64,000 nucleotides of DNA, taken from positions 7,727 to 71,726 of the forward strand of contig JBAVJU010000199.1 in the NCBI GenBank assembly GCA_049687935.1. Reading direction: 5' to 3'. The translations under genes were made by a program, and so were the position numbers. The notes under the pieces were generated by a model that was given only the letters and a program-made list of their open reading frames with translations, had not been told where the DNA came from and did not search any database. The stretch's first letter is position 1, and every line of letters begins with the position of its first letter. Of this stretch, positions 48,873 to 58,276 are shown piece after piece. The stretch comes from Desulfobacterales bacterium (GTDB taxonomy: Bacteria; Desulfobacterota; Desulfobacteria; Desulfobacterales; SG8-13).

Positions 48873-48898
48873 GGGTTCGACTCCCGCCGCCTCAGCCA
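48873..48898 (+). other. Orphan tRNA 3'-end fragment (T-loop plus acceptor plus CCA; tRNA-Gln-like)
   Basis: GGGTTCGACTCCCGCCGCCTCAGCCA contains a TTCGACT T-loop, the 3' T-stem CCCGC, the acceptor strand CGCCTCA, G73 and CCA. No complementary 5' half is found upstream. Confidence 0.45.
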
Positions 48899-48931
48899 AT
48901 TTTAATAAACAAATTGTAACAGCCGAAGGCT

Positions 48932-49447
48932 CTAATTGGACGGTACCAACGTCACCTCTTCGCGGCATATTCCGCGTCCTGTCCCTGCAGGAAAGGATTT
49001 CGGATTTCGCACAAGAAAATCCATTGTGCCCTCCATACCCGTGTACTTGCCGGTACCCGAAAACACTTTCGCTGTGCCGGGTGTCGCACCGGGTGGTGAA
49101 TCTTCGACTTTTTTATCCACAAGCTCCCAGATCAATTTGTCACCATCACTGTCCGTCCATGTCTCGAAGGCCCTGAGCCGGCTTCCCTCATTGCCTCGAT
49201 ACAACAAGCCCACAATATGGACCGATGCTTCGTGGAAAGGACCATCACCGCTGTCATTAACCCTTACGCCGAGGGTTTCAAATTGTATAATCATTTGCTC
49301 CTCGTCGAGTTTATAGACTTTCGGTGTATGCCCGTAGTAATGGGTCCCCGAAAAGCTCCGTTCTTTCTTGCTCTGAGCCAAGCCTTGCCCTCCAGAAGTG
49401 ATCACGAGAATAAAACTTGCTAATGTGACGAAAATTAGATGTTTCAT
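48932..49447 (-). CDS. Hypothetical secreted protein
   Basis: AAGGAGG RBS and signal peptide MKHLIFVTLASFILVITSGGQGLA. I do not recognise a family. Confidence 0.55.
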   Translation of the reverse strand: MKHLIFVTLASFILVITSGGQGLAQSKKERSFSGTHYYGHTPKVYKLDEEQMIIQFETLGVRVNDSGDGPFHEASVHIVGLLYRGNEGSRLRAFETWTDSDGDKLIWELVDKKVEDSPPGATPGTAKVFSGTGKYTGMEGTMDFLVRNPKSFPAGTGRGICREEVTLVPSN

Positions 49448-49537
49448 GAAGTGCCTCCTTTCCACTGATATTTCAATCAATCGGTATTGAGATGATCACA
49501 AAAAGACATTCCGCTGATTAACGATCGTACTGTCCCG

Positions 49538-50809
49538 TTAATTTCTGACCAAGATTTTGTTATCTTCTCCCTTGTCAATCACCTTGCATTCAGGGCCAAT
49601 AAACGTGTTTTTGTTGCCTGTGCAATAAATATCAGCACTTGAAGCCTTGAATTGACTCAGATCGTTCCACTCGAATATATTTCCGCTGCCTTTGAAAGAC
49701 TCCCATGATATGGCCGCTACGGCCCAGGCACCGGTTCCCATTATTTTGTTTTTGGAAATGTTACCATCAGACCCTGATTGCGTTATCCCTTTCGTTTTCG
49801 GACCGCCGTTAAGTTCAATTCTATTTTCCAGAATAAGGGTTCCATCCGACATGGACGAGATGCCGGTTGAGAGTTCACCATTGGCCTGAATAAAATTGCC
49901 GGCTACGGTGATTTTCGAGTTCTTTGTCGGGTCTGCGCCTCCAGAACTGTCAAAAAACCACCCCACCACGATGCCACTTGGATACGTCGTGGCACCCGGA
50001 AATGGACACCCATCTGCAGGCGTCACGATATCGTTTCCGGTGATGGTCACACTACCACGGCCGTCTGCGTCAAGATAGTTGTCCAATGATTCAATCGAAT
50101 TTCGAGATACATTTCTGATGGCGTTGCCCTTTACCTCGATCGTTGCCCCCCATGTCCACGGGAAAAACACACCGTGGCCCATGGTTATTTTCGGGTTCTC
50201 GCACTTCAGATCAATCTCGTTATTCTCAACAACCAGTTTTCCGGTTACGGCTCCGGGAAGGAATTTTTCCTTGTGCGCAAAACGGGTTCCGAGAACGATT
50301 CCGGTTTGCACTAAAACGAAATCTCCGCCTTTCCACTTAATCGGCAACTTGAATGGCTGAACGTTTGTGATTTCGTTACCGGTGATTTCAACACCGCTGG
50401 TGAAAGGGAAATGCATTGGTGACCAGGTAACGCCATCGAAATGAATGTTTTTAATCTTGATTTTGGGGCCCGGACCCGGAAGCGGGAGATCCGTCGACGG
50501 CAGCGGGCTGTGAAAGGTCCAAAATCCGCCGATTATTTTTGTCAACGGCCGATCATTGCTGTCGCTCTCACCCCATACCGCAACATCGTTTTTGATATCC
50601 ACCCTTCCCTTTGGTCCGAAATCGAAGGTCCCCTTCAGGAGTACGGTCCCACCCTTGTCAATGGCCTCCTGGACCGCTTGGACATCCTGTTCAACATCAC
50701 CTTGACCGGTGACGATAGAATCGAATGAGGGGGTGGATTCGGTTGACGTCAGGTGCGTACACGACAGGAACAACCCGATGATCGATATAACGGCAAAGTG
50801 TCTTTTCAT
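49538..50809 (-). CDS. Right-handed parallel beta-helix repeat lipoprotein (function unknown)
   Basis: GGAG RBS and a lipobox-like GLFLSC. It has repeated G-N-x-I turns (ITGNEITN, VKGNAIRN, ITGNDIV, VAGNFIQ, ISKNKIMG) typical of PbH1 repeats. Confidence 0.6.
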   Translation of the reverse strand: MKRHFAVISIIGLFLSCTHLTSTESTPSFDSIVTGQGDVEQDVQAVQEAIDKGGTVLLKGTFDFGPKGRVDIKNDVAVWGESDSNDRPLTKIIGGFWTFHSPLPSTDLPLPGPGPKIKIKNIHFDGVTWSPMHFPFTSGVEITGNEITNVQPFKLPIKWKGGDFVLVQTGIVLGTRFAHKEKFLPGAVTGKLVVENNEIDLKCENPKITMGHGVFFPWTWGATIEVKGNAIRNVSRNSIESLDNYLDADGRGSVTITGNDIVTPADGCPFPGATTYPSGIVVGWFFDSSGGADPTKNSKITVAGNFIQANGELSTGISSMSDGTLILENRIELNGGPKTKGITQSGSDGNISKNKIMGTGAWAVAAISWESFKGSGNIFEWNDLSQFKASSADIYCTGNKNTFIGPECKVIDKGEDNKILVRN

Positions 50810-50957
50810 CTTACTTCTCCTTTCGTTGCGCTGTCTTTTCAACCCGCCTGGGTATCATCCATTATGATGCGAGATTGATTATTATAAAATGTAAGCGTAT
50901 AACCGTTTAAACGGTTCAGTTTTTTCATTATTCGCTCAATATTTTAAAGACGCCGCT

Positions 50958-52931
50958 ATGAAAAAGCTTGAAACGATTCAATGCGACTTGACTGTCTACA
51001 AGATCACCCTTCAATTCCACGGCAGCGAGTCACCGCTTGTCGTTCATTTCGATACCCCTTCCAGAAGGTTCTATTTTTCGGTCATTGCCCTGATCATAAC
51101 TGAGATGAAAAAGCAGAGCCGGCCGGGATTCGTCCATATACACCGGCACCAGAACGTTCTGACACGGCTCGACAAATCTCTTTCGGGTAAAAATGCATCC
51201 GAACATCCGGAGGGCATGTGGGCCAAAATTAAAATGGCATGGCGCCACAGACTTCCGGACCTGGAGTCGGCGGCGCTCTTTAAAATCCTGGATCGGGACC
51301 TCGTCGCGCCCTATGAAAAAGGGGGAAAATACAGGTACCAATGCGCCGAGGCAGAGTGCGATGCCTGGGCAGGCCTTTTCGGATACGATGAAAACAACAC
51401 ATGGCGGTTTAAATTTGCAGTCGATTCGGCGTCTGTCGGCTTGGATGATGTTTCGGTCACATTGGGGGATCTTCGGGACAATTCGGCCTGGGAGGAGTTT
51501 ATCAATCGTCTCAATTTCAAGCCCGTGGCTGGTGAGATTCTCAAGGAACCAGGGGTTTCAGCCACCGCTGAACCAGCATCAAAAGAGCGGGTTGCTCGTA
51601 AGAGAACCCGCAAGGCCATATGGGGCTGGGCGGTTATCGCGGCGGCGGCCATCATCGCCGTTGTCGTGTGGCGATTCACTGTTTACAAAGCGCCCGCGCC
51701 GACTCAAAGCGTCGACCTGGGCGTTGCGGTCTACCCGAGCAGCGATAAACCGTCCCTGGCGGTTTTGCCGTTTGAAAACCTGACCGGCGATCCCCAGCAG
51801 GAGTTTTTCAGCGACGGCATTGCCGATCAATTGATAACGAGCTTGTCGCAGGGACCGTATCTTTATGTCGCCGCCCGCACCTCCAGTTTCACATTCAGAG
51901 GAAACCCCATGCCGGCGCAAGAAATTGCCGCAAAGCTGGGGGTGCAGTATCTGATCGAAGGCAGCGTGCAGCGCGACAAGGACCGGGTGCGCATCAATGT
52001 TCAGTTGATTGACGGCCGCAACGGCAATCACATCTGGTCGAAAGGCTATGACCGCAATACTGCCGACCTGTTTGCTCTTCAGGATGACATCGGTTTGGAG
52101 GTGCTGGCTGTTCTGAATGTTCAAATCACCGGCTATACGGCTGGAGCGCTGAAGCACTCGAGGCCCAAAAGCCTGAAAGCGTACGAACACTACCTGAGAG
52201 GTTTGTACTTTCATCTGGGCCGTAGGCGCGAGGACGTTCAAACGGCACGACAATCCTTCGAGGAGGCGATCCGCATCGATCCCAATTACGGCAGGGCTTA
52301 CACCTGGCTGGCCAACACCTATCTGGATGAAATCGAACTGCGCCTGACAACGCAGAAGGAACAGGTTTTGGAAAAAGCCGAAGCGGCGGTTGAAAAAGCA
52401 CTTGCCGCGGACCCGGACTATCCGCCGTATGGCACGTTGAGCCGCATCAGCCGCATAAAGAAAGATATGGACAGCGCCATCTTATATGCCCGCAAGGGCG
52501 TTCAGCAGGGGCCTACCGATTCAGGCCAGCACTACATGTTGTGCATTGCGTTGTACTTGGCAGAGAAATTCGACGAATCCATTGACGTCTGCGAAACCGC
52601 GCTTCGGCTCGCACCCTTCAGGCCGGTGAACTATGTTATGCAACTTGGATGGTCTATGGTAGGAGATGCACAATATGACGAGTCCTTACCCTTATTTAGA
52701 GAGGTTATCGATCGCAGCCCCACATCCTATTACGCCTATTTGGCATACAAAGGGCTCACTGCAGCGCACCAACTGACAGGCCGGCATGCCGATGCCCAGT
52801 GGGCGGCACAAAATGTGATGCGAATGAACCCGAAATACAACTTAGAAAGCGAATCCAGGTTGTCACCGACTAAAGAAGGTCCCTTTAAAAACCGTATCAT
52901 GAACGCATTCCGTGCTGCCGGCCTGAAGTGA
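50958..52931 (+). CDS. Single-pass membrane protein: unknown ~200-aa cytoplasmic N-domain, TM, TolB-N-like domain and TPR repeats
   Basis: TM helix IWGWAVIAAAAIIAVVVW. The periplasmic part is SLAVLPFENLTGDPQQEFFSDGIADQLITSL...YLIEGSVQRDKDRVRINVQLID, followed by TPR repeats. Confidence 0.7.
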   Translation: MKKLETIQCDLTVYKITLQFHGSESPLVVHFDTPSRRFYFSVIALIITEMKKQSRPGFVHIHRHQNVLTRLDKSLSGKNASEHPEGMWAKIKMAWRHRLPDLESAALFKILDRDLVAPYEKGGKYRYQCAEAECDAWAGLFGYDENNTWRFKFAVDSASVGLDDVSVTLGDLRDNSAWEEFINRLNFKPVAGEILKEPGVSATAEPASKERVARKRTRKAIWGWAVIAAAAIIAVVVWRFTVYKAPAPTQSVDLGVAVYPSSDKPSLAVLPFENLTGDPQQEFFSDGIADQLITSLSQGPYLYVAARTSSFTFRGNPMPAQEIAAKLGVQYLIEGSVQRDKDRVRINVQLIDGRNGNHIWSKGYDRNTADLFALQDDIGLEVLAVLNVQITGYTAGALKHSRPKSLKAYEHYLRGLYFHLGRRREDVQTARQSFEEAIRIDPNYGRAYTWLANTYLDEIELRLTTQKEQVLEKAEAAVEKALAADPDYPPYGTLSRISRIKKDMDSAILYARKGVQQGPTDSGQHYMLCIALYLAEKFDESIDVCETALRLAPFRPVNYVMQLGWSMVGDAQYDESLPLFREVIDRSPTSYYAYLAYKGLTAAHQLTGRHADAQWAAQNVMRMNPKYNLESESRLSPTKEGPFKNRIMNAFRAAGLK

Positions 52932-53171
52932 TCTTATGTAATTTATTATCTGGTTCTGTGACCGAAATTCTTGTTGTCCAGAGACCATTCCATTCAACAA
53001 GAAGGTCATTCTGCTGACCGAGGGTATGTGTGGATGGAAACGAGTTGCAACCACGGCAGCTGGAATGTTGTAGGCAGATAATCGATAAAATCGTGGGTGA
53101 GGGCGCAGTTTCACTTTTGCCGAGAATGCAATTTAGAGAAAGACCAAGCTTAACAGATCCAATCAACAGCC

Positions 53172-54134
53172 CTACAAATCCACCCATAATCCAAAGGAAA
53201 AGTATTCTTCGTCGAACTGCGAGAATTCACCGAGAATCGACCTGCCGTTGTAGTAACCTACGCCGAGGCGGAACGTACGGGCCAGATTTCGGATCGGCGC
53301 TACCAGGCCCGCTTGAATGGACAGGTTCAGGTCCCAATCGTTTTCTTCATAGAAGGTCATGTCCACGGCGGCGTACCATCCCAGACGACCGCTCATGAAT
53401 CGGTCGTCGTCTTTATACTCAAGGCCTCCTTGCAGACGCCAGGGATCCTGGATCTCTGTATTTCTCAGATCATACCCGTAGGCCCCTTCGCCGTAGACCC
53501 GCAAGTCCGAAATAATCTTCCTGCTCAGACCAAGCACGACCTCCTCGCGGGTATAGTTAATGCGCGTGCGGCCGGTGCTTTCGATATATTCGTCACCTAT
53601 GTGGCTGGAATCATGCTGTATGGCGACCTTTACCGCTGTCCCTTGTCCGTCGGCCCATGTGAGAAGCAACCCGTAAAGTCCATCCCAGCCGATGTTGTCG
53701 GTTTGATTTTCGATGTCGAACATGCCTAAAAAAGCGGCTTGCACATCGATCTGAAATCCGGCGTCTGTTCTATTATTCGGATAGAGCCGCACCAGACCGA
53801 ACCGTCCACCTAAATTGTACAGGAAACGACTGTCGCCCGTATTCGGAATATCGCTGTCGAATATGATCAGATACTGCATTGCCATCGTGGGCTGCAAAGG
53901 ATCTGCAATGTAACGCGGATACAAATCCGAGCCGGGGGCGAAAATACCACGCCAGCTTGCATAAACGGGGAAAGACCGATCTGCTTCAGTCGACCCTGAA
54001 TCAGCATCACCGCTGATGCCAACGGCCGGTTGCCCGGAGCTCACAGAATCTGCAGATTCGGCCATTACCGTTTTCACTAGAAACAGCAGCACCACCATCA
54101 TCTTAACAAGCAAGGAATGTTGACGCCACATCAT
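53172..54134 (-). CDS. DUF1207-like envelope protein
   Basis: Signal peptide. IFAPGSDLYPRYIADPLQPTMAMQY resembles the DUF1207 N-terminal motif. The remainder has beta-strand-rich, alternating aromatic composition. Confidence 0.55.
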   Translation of the reverse strand: MMWRQHSLLVKMMVVLLFLVKTVMAESADSVSSGQPAVGISGDADSGSTEADRSFPVYASWRGIFAPGSDLYPRYIADPLQPTMAMQYLIIFDSDIPNTGDSRFLYNLGGRFGLVRLYPNNRTDAGFQIDVQAAFLGMFDIENQTDNIGWDGLYGLLLTWADGQGTAVKVAIQHDSSHIGDEYIESTGRTRINYTREEVVLGLSRKIISDLRVYGEGAYGYDLRNTEIQDPWRLQGGLEYKDDDRFMSGRLGWYAAVDMTFYEENDWDLNLSIQAGLVAPIRNLARTFRLGVGYYNGRSILGEFSQFDEEYFSFGLWVDL

Positions 54135-54620
54135 TTTTCACGCCCTCCCGGGACTAATTGTTAAAAATGAATTTGAGCGATAGGTGTGTAACAACGGCAC
54201 TAGTCTGTTCGAAAAATGCAAGCGGATCACAACAAGGACCTGAAAAAAAAGAAGAGGGTATCATGGTTGACAATATCCAGGTGCGCATCATTTACTCTAA
54301 GTTATTGTATCCCTTAAAATGATATGTCAAGAGGGTGAGCAAGAAAAACGCCTGATAATTGAATAATGATATCAGAATCATATGCGTTTGTTATGTTTCT
54401 GAAGGTTAGGACGGCCATCGATGACAATCGTGGATCAATTGAAAAAGGTCATTTGTGAACCGAAACGAATCAAGGCAACGATAAGATGGATGGTTGCGAG
54501 CAGATAATCGGTATCGGAGACCCTTTTCAACGCACGCGGTTCTTTTGTACTTGCCCCGACGGATGTTCGGGTGTAATAAATGCCGTCATTATTTTATCAC
54601 TAAACGATGGAGCGTGACGC

Positions 54621-56213
54621 ATGTACAAAGTGATGATTCGAGACGGCATGTCCCCCCTTGCAAGGGAAATTCTGGAAGCGACCGGTCAAATCGAAGTGGT
54701 GGTCGACAACGAGAAAGCCACCGGCAGCCCCGAGGCATTGGCGGAAATCATCGACGGCTTCGACGGGCTGGCCATTCGAAGCGGAACCAGGGTGACCGAA
54801 CAGGTTTTGCAGAAAGCCGGCAGCCTGAAGGTCATCGGCCGCGCCGGCGTTGGCGTGGACAACGTCGATGTGGCTGCCGCCACCGAACACGGCATTGTCG
54901 TCATGAACGCTCCGGGAGGCAACACCGTCACCACGGCCGAGCACGCCGTTTCGCTGATGCTCTCCCTGGCCCGCAACATACCCCAGGCCACCGCTTCCAT
55001 GCGTGAGGGCAAATGGGAGAAAAAGCTGCTGACCGGGGTGGAAATCACCGGCAAGACCCTGGGTATCATCGGGCTCGGTCATATCGGGCGGGTGGTGGCC
55101 GAAAGGGCTCTGGGGTTGAAAATGAAGGTCATCGCCTCGGACCCCTTCGTCAGCCCCGAGGCCGCCAAGCAGTTGCACGTCGAACTGGTGCCCTTGGAAG
55201 CGCTGCTGCCGGCGGCGGATTTTATCACGCTCCATGTTCCGCGCTTGAAGGAAACCATCGGGATGATCAATGCGGAAACGATTGCCAAAATGAAGCCGGG
55301 CGTTCGCATCATCAACTGTTCGCGCGGCGACATCGTCAACCTGGACGATCTCTACCAGGCGCTTGAAAGCGGTCATGTGAGCGGGGCGGCACTGGACGTA
55401 CTGCCGAAAGAACCGCCCGAACCGTCTCTGACCATTCTGAAACACCCGCATGTCATTTTCACGCCTCACTTGGGCGCCAGCACCGGCGAGGCCCAGGACA
55501 AGGTCGCCGAGATGATTGCACGGCAGATCGCCGATTACCTTGTCGAGGGGATCATCACCAATGCGGTCAATTTCCCCTCCGTTTCGCAGGAGGTCATGGT
55601 GCAGATCCGTCCCCATCTCGATCTGGCGGAGAAAATGGGTTCCCTGATGGGCCAACTGGTGCGAAAACCCCATGATGTGACCATTACCTATAGCGGTGAT
55701 GTGACCCGGTTCGACACCCGGCCCCTAACGCACGCGGTTTTAAAGGGTCTGTTGGGTGCTTTCACCGATAAACCCCTCAATTACGTCAGCGCGCCGGCCA
55801 TCGCACGCGACAAGGGGATTCACGTCCGGGAGACCACCAGTCAGGCCAGAGCCGATTTTTCGAATCTGATCAAGGTCAAGCTGGAGGGGCTGGACGAGGA
55901 AACCGATGAAATCTGGGGCACGATCTTCAGCAAGAAATACCCGCGCATCGTGCGCATCGGCAGGATGTACCTGGATGCGATTCCCGGCGGCTCGATGATC
56001 ATCATCCAGAACATCGACCGTCCGGGTGTCATCGGCAATGTGGGCACCACGCTCGGACGCCACAACATCAACATCGGACGTTTCCAGCTGGGCCGCCGCG
56101 GCGACCGCGCCCTCTGCATGGTCAACATCGACACACCGGCCGACGACCGGGTCCTCGAAGACATCGAGGCCCTGCCGAACATTCTCACGGTCACCCAGGT
56201 GCACCTGGGCTAA
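54621..56213 (+). CDS. serA: D-3-phosphoglycerate dehydrogenase (long form with ASB and ACT domains)
   Basis: GIIGLGHIGRVVA NAD-binding site, NCSRGDIV and TPHLGAST. C-terminal ACT domain (IIQNIDRPGVIGNVGTTLG). Confidence 0.95.
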   Translation: MYKVMIRDGMSPLAREILEATGQIEVVVDNEKATGSPEALAEIIDGFDGLAIRSGTRVTEQVLQKAGSLKVIGRAGVGVDNVDVAAATEHGIVVMNAPGGNTVTTAEHAVSLMLSLARNIPQATASMREGKWEKKLLTGVEITGKTLGIIGLGHIGRVVAERALGLKMKVIASDPFVSPEAAKQLHVELVPLEALLPAADFITLHVPRLKETIGMINAETIAKMKPGVRIINCSRGDIVNLDDLYQALESGHVSGAALDVLPKEPPEPSLTILKHPHVIFTPHLGASTGEAQDKVAEMIARQIADYLVEGIITNAVNFPSVSQEVMVQIRPHLDLAEKMGSLMGQLVRKPHDVTITYSGDVTRFDTRPLTHAVLKGLLGAFTDKPLNYVSAPAIARDKGIHVRETTSQARADFSNLIKVKLEGLDEETDEIWGTIFSKKYPRIVRIGRMYLDAIPGGSMIIIQNIDRPGVIGNVGTTLGRHNINIGRFQLGRRGDRALCMVNIDTPADDRVLEDIEALPNILTVTQVHLG

Positions 56214-56247
56214 GGGTTCGAGGAAAATAACAAGTTCGTGGCTACAG

Positions 56248-56290
56248 GCGTTGAGGCGCATGTTAAGTGCGTCTCAACGCATTTTTTTTA
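56248..56290 (+). terminator. Rho-independent terminator after serA
   Basis: GCGTTGAGGCGCA-tgttaag-TGCGTCTCAACGC followed by ATTTTTTTT. Confidence 0.7.
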
Positions 56291-56531
56291 AAAAGAAAAT
56301 TCACGGATGATGGTATTTAGAAGTACACGAATCAGTTTTCGTCCCTAAATGGCCTTTTGCCGCTATTATGGCGTCAATCACGCTAAAAACGTGACAGGTC
56401 GGCGGGATTGCCAGTGCGTCCTGCATGCGTATGCCGCAGAGCAATGCCGCCGATTTCATTGAACTTGTAAAAAATTCCTCATTTCTGGATCGGAAACCCA
56501 CCAGTGCCGTTAATGAAACCGTGGATGATCA

Positions 56532-58145
56532 CTAATTAGGGGCGTCTTTCGGGTTTAGGCGTGGTTCATAGACACCGGTTTTATCGATCTCTATTCCTGC
56601 CGGTGATACGAGGACGTCCAGCCCGGTTCTTTTCCAGGTCGCTCTCGCTTGCTCCGGCGTATCAACGAGTGGCTCCTGACAGTTGAAGGACGTATTGAGT
56701 AGCAATTCGCAACCGGTTTTATCCCTCCAGGCCGACAGCAGCTTAACAATAAACGGATCGTCGCCCTCGGCGACGATTTGGGGGCGGCTGGTGCCGTCTA
56801 CATGGGTTACGGCCGGAACCTGCTCGGCATTGGTTGGAACAATGTAGGACATGTATTTACTCGGCACCCCCCAGTCGCCGAGCACCATGGGTGCAAACGG
56901 GCGATACCATTCGCGATGCTTGACATCCCTGTTGAGCCGATCTTTTCCGTCGCCGAGGCGGGGATCGAGAAGAATGCTGCGATGGCCCAAGGCCCGCGGA
57001 CCGGACTCCGCGCGACCGTAGCACAACCCAACGCTTTTTCCCTCCTCCAGAAACCGCACGATATCCGGAATGAGGTCATGGCCGACACTTCCCGCATCGG
57101 TGCCGAGATAGGGTTGCCATGCGCGTGCAACTCTTGGCCGGTTGAAAACGTGGTGCCACACGAATAGCGCCTGGCCGAGGCTGATACCCCCGTCGTGCGG
57201 CTGAGCCGGCACCCAGGTTTCCTGAAATAATCCACTTTTATGCACCGCGGTGTTGGCATTGCAATTCATGGAGCAGCCCCCAGTCATGACAAGCCGATTT
57301 ACCGGCCGCCAGGACTTCATCCGAACCGCGGCTTCAAGATAAAATTCTGTTGTCAGTTTTTGCAGGGAAGCGCACACATCCTGAGCGAATCCATTTTTCG
57401 GGTCGAATGGAACGATGTTGAACCGTCCGGTGTCATCGCGCAGATAAGGAGAAAACGGATGATAGAGCATCTGCTGCTTCAGCGCGTCGACGAACTCGTC
57501 CCGGGGGGTTCCGTAGCTGGCCAAGCCCATGATTTTTCCGGCGCCCTCCAACCGCTTCATCCCAAAATTGTATTCACCGATCGAGGCCCAAGTGCGGCCG
57601 ATATTGAGTTGCATTTTCCCGCGGCCTTCGTAGCCCCATCCGTATTCGATTTCTTCGATTCTGTTACCCTCTCCGTAAGCCAGGGCACAATTGCGATAGT
57701 CGCCCCCACCGTCGGCGGTCAGAATTCCGGACTTCTCGAAAGGCGATGTAAACAATGCACCGGCAACATGTGCCAGATGATGGTCGACAGCGATGCAATC
57801 GTACCAATGATCGAACAGGTTGATGCGATGCCGGCTGTAACGGTTGTCGACGGGTCCTCGCCAGCCGGTGTTCTTGAAGTCGGGATGCTCCTGATAGGTC
57901 TCGCCCTCTAAATGCCACTGTACCAATCGGCCTTCAAAAGTAGGTTTGACCCAGGGACTGATGGCGACAACGTCAATGGTTTCGGGATTCCAGCCGTACT
58001 CCTCTAAAATCGCCCCGATGTCCATAGACCCTTTGTCGTGTTTGACACGCGTAAGGCGCTCTTTCTCCAGTACGACAACGGGTTCGCCGTCCTCCATTAA
58101 GGTGCAATTGGCATCATGACCGTAAAACAAGGAAAGAATTCTCAT
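56532..58145 (-). CDS. Carbamoyltransferase (NodU/CmcH family)
   Basis: MRILSLFYGHDANCTLMEDGEPV...EKERLTRVKH N-terminal domain, with the C-terminal carbamoyltransferase domain (LLNTSFN). Confidence 0.9.
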   Translation of the reverse strand: MRILSLFYGHDANCTLMEDGEPVVVLEKERLTRVKHDKGSMDIGAILEEYGWNPETIDVVAISPWVKPTFEGRLVQWHLEGETYQEHPDFKNTGWRGPVDNRYSRHRINLFDHWYDCIAVDHHLAHVAGALFTSPFEKSGILTADGGGDYRNCALAYGEGNRIEEIEYGWGYEGRGKMQLNIGRTWASIGEYNFGMKRLEGAGKIMGLASYGTPRDEFVDALKQQMLYHPFSPYLRDDTGRFNIVPFDPKNGFAQDVCASLQKLTTEFYLEAAVRMKSWRPVNRLVMTGGCSMNCNANTAVHKSGLFQETWVPAQPHDGGISLGQALFVWHHVFNRPRVARAWQPYLGTDAGSVGHDLIPDIVRFLEEGKSVGLCYGRAESGPRALGHRSILLDPRLGDGKDRLNRDVKHREWYRPFAPMVLGDWGVPSKYMSYIVPTNAEQVPAVTHVDGTSRPQIVAEGDDPFIVKLLSAWRDKTGCELLLNTSFNCQEPLVDTPEQARATWKRTGLDVLVSPAGIEIDKTGVYEPRLNPKDAPN

Positions 58146-58232
58146 TCAACCTCCCATCGACCATTTTTGACTCATAACTGGTAAATCTATTAATTGTTCC
58201 ATGATTTGACAACACTAAATCAGACAAGGGTC

Positions 58233-58262
58233 TTGACGCCTGAACCGCCCTTCGACTATAAT
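58233..58262 (+). promoter_or_regulatory. Sigma70-type promoter (TTGACG-18 nt-TATAAT)
   Basis: TTGACG at 58233-58238 and TATAAT at 58257-58262. The ATG at 58277 follows about 15 nt later, which would give a near-leaderless mRNA. Confidence 0.5.
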
Positions 58263-58276
58263 ACAAATGATATACA

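Noticed and set aside
54135-54620. An unusually long (~480 bp) AT-rich region upstream of serA with small ORFs (for example a 28-codon ORF at about 54420, and the track ORF at 54494-55006).
   Set aside because: There are no conserved motifs, no RBSs, and no obvious riboswitch-like or attenuator structure. The track ORF is out of frame with serA and Arg-rich. I noted the region only as an unexplained long intergenic spacer.
56301-56501. A 66-aa minus-strand ORF between serA and the carbamoyltransferase.
   Set aside because: It has no recognisable motif or RBS and lies in a region that contains the serA terminator. It is most likely non-coding.
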